From Kiritimatiellia bacterium (GTDB lineage Bacteria; Verrucomicrobiota; Kiritimatiellia; RFP12; UBA1067), in the NCBI GenBank assembly GCA_027858965.1, contig JAQIBS010000146.1, positions 3,234 through 67,233 on the forward strand: a DNA stretch of 64,000 bases. The letters are read 5' to 3'. A program made the translations under genes and the position numbers. Positions 57,414 through 64,000 of this stretch are shown here, one piece after another (the stretch's first letter is position 1; each line of letters begins with the position of its first letter). The notes beneath the pieces are model-generated. The model worked only from the letters and a program-made list of their open reading frames with translations, had not been told where the DNA came from and did no database searches.

Positions 57414-58676
57414 TCAATCGTATTTCAGGCCAATTGCCTGAATAATTTCTTTCATGCATTCAGCGGCCGGGGTCTCAGAATGCTCAGTGATAAAAGCTTT
57501 TCCGCTGTCACATGACTGAACAACCAACGGATCCATAGGAATCTTTCCTAAGAAGTTCACCTTCATATCCTTACAAATCTGCTCACCGCCTCCTGTGCTC
57601 AAAACCTCTGTTATTTCACCACACTTAGGACAGACAAAACCGCTCATATTCTCAATCACACCAATCACAGGCAGTTTCAATTCTTTGCAGAAGTTTACCG
57701 ATTTACGCACATCGGCAGTAGCCACTCTTTGCGGAGTTGTCACAATCACGGCCCCTTCAAGGTCCTCAATCAACTGACAAAGCGAAAGTTGTTCATCGCC
57801 GGTTCCCGGAGGAGTATCAATAATCAGATAATCCAGATCACCCCATTCAACATCGGTCAGAAACTGCTTGATCACGCCCATCTTTCGTGGCCCGCGCCAG
57901 ATCACAGCATCATCTTTATGTTGCAGTAAAAAACCTAACGAAATAACTTTCATGCCGTCTTTATCAACAGGAATAATTCCCGCAGGGCCACCCAGCGGAC
58001 GGGCATCCTCCAGATCCAGCATCGTCGGAATACTCGGTCCATGTATATCAACATCCAACAGGCCAACCCGCATTCCAGCAAGCTTATATGCCGTAGCAAG
58101 ATTAACTGCAACCGTACTTTTACCAACCCCGCCTTTACCCGACATAACCACAATCTTATGTTTAATGCGGCACATCCGTGCTTGTAATTTCACCCGATCT
58201 TCATAATCTTTGTCACTCTCATTAGGTCGCTGCTTTGCAGCAGAACAGCTCTTATCTGTGCAGGACGCACATGGTGATTCTGACGGATTCTTACCGCTCT
58301 CTATATTATTCTTCATATAATCCTTAATTGCTGATTTTAATGTATTTACTGCCAGAAGAGCACAATGCTGTGACTCCTCCGAAAATTCTCCAAATGCATC
58401 AAGCACCTTTTGCTGCGTTAACTCTAAAGCCTTGCTGACACTTTTTCCCTCAGCCAGCACCGTGGTCATACTGCCGCATGCCATTGATGAATGACACCCG
58501 TCAGTAACAAATGAAAGAGATTCCAAAGATCCCGCCTTCACCTGCACCCAGAACTCCATCGTATCACCACATGGCCCGGTAATCTTGCTGTGTCCATTAA
58601 ACACCTCAAGCGCACCACGGTTTCTTGGCTTGAAAGAATGCTCTACAGCAAGTTTTGAAAATCCTTTTAAATTCAT
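57414..58676 (-). CDS. Fusion of an IscU/NifU-like Fe-S scaffold domain and an Mrp/NBP35 (ApbC) Fe-S carrier ATPase
   Basis: The N-terminal domain has 'GPCGDTMEFW', 'DGCHSSMACGS' and 'SQHCALLAV' (the three IscU Cys). There is a Cys-rich linker. The C-terminal domain has the Walker A 'MSGKGGVGKST' and 'FVCPKCGE'. The start ATG 58676 lies 1 nt after the upstream stop. Confidence 0.8.
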   Translation of the reverse strand: MNLKGFSKLAVEHSFKPRNRGALEVFNGHSKITGPCGDTMEFWVQVKAGSLESLSFVTDGCHSSMACGSMTTVLAEGKSVSKALELTQQKVLDAFGEFSEESQHCALLAVNTLKSAIKDYMKNNIESGKNPSESPCASCTDKSCSAAKQRPNESDKDYEDRVKLQARMCRIKHKIVVMSGKGGVGKSTVAVNLATAYKLAGMRVGLLDVDIHGPSIPTMLDLEDARPLGGPAGIIPVDKDGMKVISLGFLLQHKDDAVIWRGPRKMGVIKQFLTDVEWGDLDYLIIDTPPGTGDEQLSLCQLIEDLEGAVIVTTPQRVATADVRKSVNFCKELKLPVIGVIENMSGFVCPKCGEITEVLSTGGGEQICKDMKVNFLGKIPMDPLVVQSCDSGKAFITEHSETPAAECMKEIIQAIGLKYD

Positions 58677-58677
58677 A

Positions 58678-59559
58678 TCATTCCATATTTCCAAGCAAGT
58701 ATTGACAAACTTCTTTAACATCCTGCGAAGAGGGGGAATCTGTTTCCACCACACTTAATCCATTAATCTGTGCGGTTGTAACTCCTTTATCATAACGGAT
58801 GCGACCTGCTGAAGGAGATCCCATACTGGCCGCCAATTTCTCTATACGTTCTGTCATCTCAACATTCAAATCCCACTTGTTGACACAGATAGAAGCAGGT
58901 ATCTTGAAATGTACTGTTAACTTAAGAACGCGCTCTAAATCATGCTCTCCGGAAACGGTCGGCTCCGTAACAACCAGCACCTGCGTTGCCCCTGTTAATG
59001 ATGCAATCACCGGACAACCAATCCCCGGAGGACCATCAACAACAACAAGGTTCATGCCGTTTTTCAAAGCCAGTTTCTTTGATTCATCACGTACAGTGGA
59101 AACCAGCTTTCCAGAGTTCTCTGATGCCACACCAAGTTTAGCATGAACCATCGGACCAAAACGTGTTTCAGAAAGCATCCACTCTCCGCACAGCCGATCC
59201 GGAAAATCAATTGCCTTAACAGGACAAAATGCAACACAGACTCCACACCCTTCGCAGGAAACCGGGTCAACTGCATACTTACGAGTACCATCAGCGCTTA
59301 TTGTAATATTAAACGCATCAAAACGACAATACTCTGCACAAATTCCACATCCATTACACTTCTCACTATTAACAATAGCTTCACGACCACTGTAGAAGTC
59401 ATGACGTTCTTTAACCTGCGGTGCCAGCAACAGATGCAGGTCCGCTGCATCCACATCACAATCTGAAATCACAAGATTATCCGCGAGGGCAGCCAAAGAC
59501 GCAGTTACGCTGGTCTTTCCTGTTCCCCCTTTACCACTGATAACGACAATCTCATTCAT
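58678..59559 (-). CDS. MinD/ParA-type P-loop ATPase with an inserted 2x[4Fe-4S] ferredoxin domain (COG1149-type), copy 2
   Basis: 'VISGKGGTGKTSV', 'CNGCGICAEYC' and 'CEGCGVCVAFCP' are present. The start ATG 59559 has a GGAGGA RBS. Confidence 0.8.
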   Translation of the reverse strand: MNEIVVISGKGGTGKTSVTASLAALADNLVISDCDVDAADLHLLLAPQVKERHDFYSGREAIVNSEKCNGCGICAEYCRFDAFNITISADGTRKYAVDPVSCEGCGVCVAFCPVKAIDFPDRLCGEWMLSETRFGPMVHAKLGVASENSGKLVSTVRDESKKLALKNGMNLVVVDGPPGIGCPVIASLTGATQVLVVTEPTVSGEHDLERVLKLTVHFKIPASICVNKWDLNVEMTERIEKLAASMGSPSAGRIRYDKGVTTAQINGLSVVETDSPSSQDVKEVCQYLLGNME

Positions 59560-59659
59560 AGTTCTTCCTCCTGGCCCGCTTCGACGGGCGCTTTCCCATT
59601 CCATTGATTAAGTGACTTTTGCTATAATTGTTACATTCATTCATTACTAAAAAGGTAAC

Positions 59660-59703
59660 CCAAGCATCCTGCTTGGCTAATTATTGAGGCAAGCAGGATG
59701 CTT
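59660..59703. repeat. Perfect 15-bp inverted repeat between the two MinD-ferredoxin genes
   Basis: caagcatcctgcttg (59660-59674) pairs with caagcaggatgcttg (59689-59703). Each arm is itself a small palindrome. Confidence 0.85.
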
Positions 59704-59731
59704 GCACTACTTTCATTTGCATTAATTTAAC

Positions 59732-60598
59732 TCACAAGGGGAGTTCAACTGAAATGCGCCCCGCTTCGACCATCTTTTTAATACGAGTGTGTAAATCAAC
59801 AAAAACCGGCTTATACTCAGGCAGAGCCTGAACAATCAGTTCACCGCGGGAATAGGCCTCAGCAATACGGCGATCATCCGGAATCTCTAGAATAACAGGG
59901 ATATTCTCCTCCGCACAATAGTCATGCACCCGGTTATCCCCTGCTCCCACACGGTTAATCACAACTCCAAAGGGAAGCGAAAGGACCCTGACCATATCCA
60001 CAGCCAGCACGAGATCATTGAGTCCAAACGGTGTTGGCTCTGTGATCAACACAACAAAATCAACATCCTGAATTGCCGCAATCACCGGACAGCTTGTTCC
60101 GGGAGGCGCATCAAGAATAACAACCTTGCCAGCGGCCTGTCGTTTTTTTACGGCATGAATCAGAGGCGGCGCCATTGCCGCCCCGACATCCAGGCAGCCC
60201 TGAAGCAGGGTAACCTCGCCTGATTCAAATGTCTTGACTGTTCCAATGCGATTGTCCACCTCTTTAATCGCACTCTGAGGACATATCCGCATGCATCCAC
60301 CACAACCGTGACACATCTCAGGAAAGATCATCGGTTTGGTTCCCAAAACAGCGATGGCATTATATTCGCAGAATTTTGCGCACTCACCGCAACTATCACA
60401 GAGAGCTTCATCCACCTCAGGCACAGGAATTGAAATAACCTCTTCCTTAACCTCATTTGCCTCCAGAAACAACCTGCTGTTAGGTTCTTCCACATCACAG
60501 TCAAGCAACTGTACCGGCATTTCCAACGCATACGCCAGATTCACAGAGAGTGTCGTTTTACCGGTTCCCCCTTTACCCGAAGCAATAGCAATTCTCAT
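59732..60598 (-). CDS. MinD/ParA-type P-loop ATPase with an inserted 2x[4Fe-4S] ferredoxin domain (COG1149-type), copy 1
   Basis: 'IASGKGGTGKTTLS', 'CDSCGECAKFC' and 'CHGCGGCMRICP' are present. The start ATG 60598 overlaps the upstream stop (ATGA). Confidence 0.8.
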   Translation of the reverse strand: MRIAIASGKGGTGKTTLSVNLAYALEMPVQLLDCDVEEPNSRLFLEANEVKEEVISIPVPEVDEALCDSCGECAKFCEYNAIAVLGTKPMIFPEMCHGCGGCMRICPQSAIKEVDNRIGTVKTFESGEVTLLQGCLDVGAAMAPPLIHAVKKRQAAGKVVILDAPPGTSCPVIAAIQDVDFVVLITEPTPFGLNDLVLAVDMVRVLSLPFGVVINRVGAGDNRVHDYCAEENIPVILEIPDDRRIAEAYSRGELIVQALPEYKPVFVDLHTRIKKMVEAGRISVELPL

Positions 60599-61188
60599 TT
60601 TTTCCACTCCTTTGACCGCATCAAAATATGCGATCCCATTTTTCTTTGAGCCTGTTCTGCAACCAGTGGACACTTAACCTGAAACAGGAAATAGATATTT
60701 GCAGAGGTCTCGCTCAGTGTCTCAAAATTCCCCTGCCCTTTAGATATAATTAAATCCGCATTTTCAAACTTATCTCTAAACAGCGGGCTACAGTCATCAA
60801 GCACCGTTCCCGGCGCATCCGACCCATTGTCAATAACCGTTACCAGTTCAGTAAGTCCGGTACTAATGGCATCAACCATTGTGACATCATTAATCACAGG
60901 CTTACCGCGCACAACCAACTCTTCCAACGGAGCAATCATATCCATTGCCATCTGATTCTGAGCCTCTTTGGCAGCCCGGTAAGGATCATCCACGCCGGTA
61001 AGCTGATAAAGACGCCTGTGAATCTGCTGTGCCAGAACCGGTGCCGGTTTACTCATATCCATTTCTGCAGACCATCCCAGCATCTCCCGAAGAATTTGCT
61101 CGTGAACAGAGGTGTCTGATGAAACCATACGGGCGGCATCCAATGTCTGCCGCATTAAACAGGGCACACAATCAAGAAATGTTCTCAT
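60595..61188 (-). CDS. DUF89/ARMT1-like protein, unusually short (central region apparently missing)
   Basis: 197 aa. 'FLDCVPCLMRQTLDAAR' is the N-terminal CxxC helix. 'PVINDVT' and 'ISKGQGNFETLSE...FLFQVKC' are the C-terminal DUF89 blocks. Confidence 0.6.
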   Translation of the reverse strand: MRTFLDCVPCLMRQTLDAARMVSSDTSVHEQILREMLGWSAEMDMSKPAPVLAQQIHRRLYQLTGVDDPYRAAKEAQNQMAMDMIAPLEELVVRGKPVINDVTMVDAISTGLTELVTVIDNGSDAPGTVLDDCSPLFRDKFENADLIISKGQGNFETLSETSANIYFLFQVKCPLVAEQAQRKMGSHILMRSKEWKK

Positions 61189-61227
61189 AAATATTTTATC
61201 TCATTTTGCCTATCAAATACATTACAA

Positions 61228-61466
61228 GGACAATTGTATTTATGGACAATTGTATTTATGGACAGGCAACCATAAAACTCGCCAAATTTAAAACTTCAGC
61301 ACTCTCGCACCCCACACTTGCGGGGCCAGCAGAGCTGGCTATTAATAAACTTTAGCACTCTCGCACTCTAGCACCCCGCACTTGCGGGGCCAGCAAAGCT
61401 GGCTATTAATAAACTTTAGCACTTTAGCACTCTCGCACTCTCACACTTTAGAACTTTAGAACTTCA
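61228..61466. repeat. Intra-operon repeat block: 16-mer x2, ~57-64-nt two-hairpin unit x2, and an 8-mer word array
   Basis: ggacaattgtatttat occurs twice (61228-61259). The unit agcactctcgcacccc.cacttgcggggccagca.agctggctattaataaacttt occurs twice (61297-61417). The array tttagcac/tctcgcac/tctcacac/tttagaac spans 61410-61466. Confidence 0.85.
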
Positions 61467-61469
61467 AGC

Positions 61470-61829
61470 CTACCAGTGCCCTTCAACATCAGCACCGTCA
61501 CTGGATTTCAACTCTCCGCTCTCAAGCGCCGCGATAACTGCTGAAATCGGATTGATCTCAGTATTATAGACTTTGATATTGGCAGCCGAAAGCGCCCGAT
61601 AAGCCTTAGGACCGCAATGGCCTGTTACAACAGCCTCAGCTCCAGTACTGCATACTGTCTGGGCGGACTGAATTCCGGCACCCTGGGCTGCATTCAAATT
61701 CTGACGATTATCAATCAACTCAAATGTTTTATCAGCGCAATCATAAACTAAAAATTTCGGAGCTCTCCCGAAACGTGTATCAACTGTCGCGCTCAGGTCA
61801 TCCCCGGCTGTACTAAATGCTATTTTCAT
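61470..61829 (-). CDS. NifX/NifB-C-terminal-like (Nitro_FeMo-Co domain) small protein, copy 2
   Basis: 'MKIAFSTAGDDLSATVDTRFGRAPKFLVYD' and 'AVVTGHCGPKA' are present. Confidence 0.75.
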   Translation of the reverse strand: MKIAFSTAGDDLSATVDTRFGRAPKFLVYDCADKTFELIDNRQNLNAAQGAGIQSAQTVCSTGAEAVVTGHCGPKAYRALSAANIKVYNTEINPISAVIAALESGELKSSDGADVEGHW

Positions 61830-61917
61830 AATTATTCCCTTTTTTTAAAATTTTAAAAAACAGATTACGATACGGGAATAAATACCCGTTATCGAATCTG
61901 CTTGTCATAGAGAGTTT

Positions 61918-62265
61918 CTACTTCGCTGAATCACTCTCCATAGAAGAGAGTCTATTCTTAACTGCATCCAGCTCCATCTTAAGGGCCTTCTCCTGATTCA
62001 CGAGGATTGTTTTTTCATCCACCTGATCATACGCAACTCCGGTTGCAAAAGAACCGCGTCTGCCGGCAAAGTTGAAACCACCACGTCCACCCCAGCGTCC
62101 ACCCCCAAAGCCACCCTGGCTCATTCCACGACCCATGCCTCTTCCGAAGCCACGGCCCATAGTAAAGTTTGTAAAACCGGGATTAGTATTCCCCGCACAA
62201 ATACCGGCACCACGGCCAGTCATTGCTCCCATTCCCATGGGACCTGTTCTATCTCCTCCAGGCAT
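61918..62265 (-). CDS. DUF5320 family protein (Gly/Arg-rich N-terminal half + C-terminal coiled coil)
   Basis: The opening 'MPGGDRTGPMGMGAMTGRGAGICAG' is characteristic of DUF5320. A GGAGG RBS is present. Confidence 0.7.
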   Translation of the reverse strand: MPGGDRTGPMGMGAMTGRGAGICAGNTNPGFTNFTMGRGFGRGMGRGMSQGGFGGGRWGGRGGFNFAGRRGSFATGVAYDQVDEKTILVNQEKALKMELDAVKNRLSSMESDSAK

Positions 62266-62282
62266 AATTAGCCTCCTTTTTT

Positions 62283-62759
62283 TTAATTGGGTACAAACGG
62301 CGGACGGCGGACCTGATTTTCATAAACACCCCTACAGCCCCTATTAATCTGTCCATGCCGTTTTCTGCCGCCTGTACCCGTTTGAAAATTTCCTGCGCAG
62401 TGCCCCGCTCTCCGGTGTCTGCCACCACAGCATCCGGGCATAACAAAATCAGCCTGCTCCAGATGACCGGTCATCCAGCCATCAATCACCCTACGCAAAT
62501 CACCAGAGATAAAGGAAACCACCTCAATACCGCCAGATACAATCTGCTCCCGTACCAGCCGCGACACCGCGCCACAAACCAGAACATCAGTTTTCAGCTC
62601 CTTTAACTTCAAAACTTTTTCCAACATCGAATTATCAGTGAGTAGCTGCTCTGATTCTCCCACAATGCTACCAGACTCTATCTCAACCACCACTATCTGG
62701 GCCGCTGTATCAAATACCGGAGCAATTCGATTATTCCAAACTGAAAATACTGCTATCAT
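62283..62759 (-). CDS. NifX-like (Nitro_FeMo-Co domain) protein with a Cys/Arg/Gly-rich C-terminal tail, copy 1
   Basis: 'IAPVFDTAAQIVVVEIE' and 'DVLVCGAVSR' form the domain core. The tail is 'MPGCCGGRHRRAGHCAG...'. Confidence 0.6.
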   Translation of the reverse strand: MIAVFSVWNNRIAPVFDTAAQIVVVEIESGSIVGESEQLLTDNSMLEKVLKLKELKTDVLVCGAVSRLVREQIVSGGIEVVSFISGDLRRVIDGWMTGHLEQADFVMPGCCGGRHRRAGHCAGNFQTGTGGRKRHGQINRGCRGVYENQVRRPPFVPN

Positions 62760-62981
62760 AGTTCTGCCCTTAGCAAAAATTTCTGTAACTTCTCAATAAT
62801 CGGTCAGAGAACTAAGACACCCTAAAGGGTGAACAACAAACGGGGATTGGTAATGCACATGTTTGCTGTACAGGCTTTAGCCTGTCTCAAAGAGGGTTAT
62901 TGAGAAGTTACAAATTTCTTAACCGGAAAATTGAATGAACTTCATTCAGTAGCTTTCGTTGCTTTCTCTGCAATGGTTAAC

Positions 62982-62996
62982 GCAACTGACATGCCA
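62982..62996 (-). promoter_or_regulatory. Sigma-54 (-24/-12) promoter: TGGCAT-N5-TTGC
   Basis: The reverse complement of 62982-62996 is TGGCATGTCAGTTGC, with exact GG-N10-GC spacing. It lies 264 nt downstream of the sigma-54 activator gene and ~220 nt upstream of the first operon gene. Confidence 0.65.
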
Positions 62997-63181
62997 AAGC
63001 AAGGCTACGAAATATTTAAATATTTAACCTGTTATGCCACAGACTCTTACAATAAAAGCACAGGAATAATAAAAAAAGACAGAGTAGCAACTACGCCACT
63101 CTTGGAGATGCACGGAGTAGCTCATGCTACCCTGCAAGCAATTGTTAACAACGTTTAATGTTCTACATTCAACGTCTAACG

Positions 63182-63232
63182 TGGAGGGTCCCAGGCTCTG
63201 GGACCGCGGACGGAGAGCCTCCGTCCCTCCAG
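63182..63232. repeat. Two-hairpin GC-rich element, family 2, copy 2
   Basis: The sequence is tGGAGGGtCCCAGgctCTGGGaccgcGGACGGAGagcCTCCGTCCCTCCag. It is flanked by ttctaca heptamers (63162; 63244-63264 x3). Confidence 0.8.
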
Positions 63233-63259
63233 ACCTACCAAAATTCTACATTCTACATT

Positions 63260-64000
63260 CTACATTCTATTACTGCGGCCATCCTGTACAGGAAGTGGTA
63301 TTCCAAGCTTTTTTATCTTTCTGAAAAGCGTTGTTTTATGAATACCTAAATCTTTGGCTGCCGCCAGCCTGTTATAATTATTGCGTTCAAGTGCTGATTG
63401 AATTGACTGGGCATCAAGAATCTGATGAGCGGAATGTATATCAATATTTCTGTTTTTCTGAGAACAGCAAAGGCGCAGTTCATCAGGAAGATGCGAAATA
63501 TCAATTGTTTTTTCATTACATAAAATAAAGGCACGCTCAATGGAATTTTCCAGTTCACGAATATTCCCCGGCCAGTCATGGGCAATCAGCAGCGAAAGAG
63601 CTTCCACCGAGATACCCTCGACATTTTTACGCATGAGCATATTGAATTTTTCAATAAACCGATCAACCAGCAATGGAATATCCTCTTTGCGTTTCTTCAA
63701 TACCGGCAGTTCCAGACGTGCCACATTAATACGGTAATACAGGTCTTCACGAAAATCACCGGCTTTGACCATTGCAGAAAGATCCCGGTTGGTTGCAGCA
63801 ATGACGCGCACATCCGCATGCTCACTCTGGACCGATCCAAGAGGCTCATAGGTGTGCTCCTGAAGAACCCGCAGCAATCGCACCTGCAGTGCTTTACTGA
63901 CCTCACCTATCTCATCAAGGAAAAGGGTGCCGCCTTTGGCCAACGCAAACCGACCGGGTTTATCCCGGACAGCCCCTGTAAAAGCTCCCGCCTTATAACC
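63260..64000 (-). CDS. Sigma-54-dependent transcriptional activator (NtrC/Fis family); partial, N-terminus lies off the window
   Basis: The frame is open to the window edge. 'GAFTGAVRDKPGRFALAKGGTLFLDEIG', 'RVIAATNRDL' and the C-terminal HTH 'AAKDLGIHKTTLFRKIKKLGI' are present. Confidence 0.9.
   Translation of the reverse strand, partial: GYKAGAFTGAVRDKPGRFALAKGGTLFLDEIGEVSKALQVRLLRVLQEHTYEPLGSVQSEHADVRVIAATNRDLSAMVKAGDFREDLYYRINVARLELPVLKKRKEDIPLLVDRFIEKFNMLMRKNVEGISVEALSLLIAHDWPGNIRELENSIERAFILCNEKTIDISHLPDELRLCCSQKNRNIDIHSAHQILDAQSIQSALERNNYNRLAAAKDLGIHKTTLFRKIKKLGIPLPVQDGRSNRM

Noticed and set aside
57038-62759. A nitrogen-fixation (nif) cluster, suggested by the NifX-like and NifU-like names.
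   Set aside because: No nifH, nifD, nifK, nifB, nifE, nifN or nifV homologues are present. The NifX-like proteins are the small stand-alone COG1433-type domain that is widespread in non-diazotrophs.

Overview
This is a 64-kb chromosomal window with a background of about mid-40s % GC by spot counts. Two segments are visibly GC-richer: 1-2960 and about 11.9-15.0 kb.

The gene content includes DapL-type lysine biosynthesis, IlvD, TruA and PPDK. It also includes autotransporter-associated beta-strand (PATR) giant proteins, a CotH/lamin-tail giant protein, DUF1080, a sulfatase, GH16, GH78-like and clan GH-A hydrolases, KduI, a sigma-54 activator and many Fe-S proteins. This suggests an anaerobic glycan degrader of the PVC superphylum (Kiritimatiellota/Lentisphaerota-like), but that is inference only. 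No transposase, integrase, tRNA, rRNA or CRISPR array was seen.

Observations worth a second look:
- A sigma-54-driven operon (62759->57038, minus strand) encodes three NifX-like proteins, DUF5320, a shortened DUF89, two MinD-type ATPases with ferredoxin inserts, and an IscU-Mrp fusion. There are no nitrogenase genes. It looks like a metallocluster assembly or trafficking system of unassigned function.
- An orphan consensus promoter plus intrinsic terminator pair (28276-28473, minus strand) predicts a ~160-nt sRNA with three C-rich anti-Shine-Dalgarno motifs.
- GC-rich, hairpin-laden intergenic repeats are unusually dense. One ~125-nt element is present three times (16254, 35581, 56913). One ~50-nt two-hairpin element is present twice with a compensatory stem change (49626, 63182). 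There is a ~300-bp nested palindrome (3182-3477), a composite repeat block (37546-37990), and many degenerate 7-8-nt tandem repeats next to start codons.
- An MmeI-family type IIL restriction-modification gene on GC-rich DNA runs off the left edge. It is missing from the ORF track.
- A GC-rich, internally duplicated PATR gene is bracketed by two copies of the same terminator hairpin, which suggests an insertion.

All calls come from reading the sequence and translations by eye. No database search was run. Repeat coordinates are accurate to a few nt.
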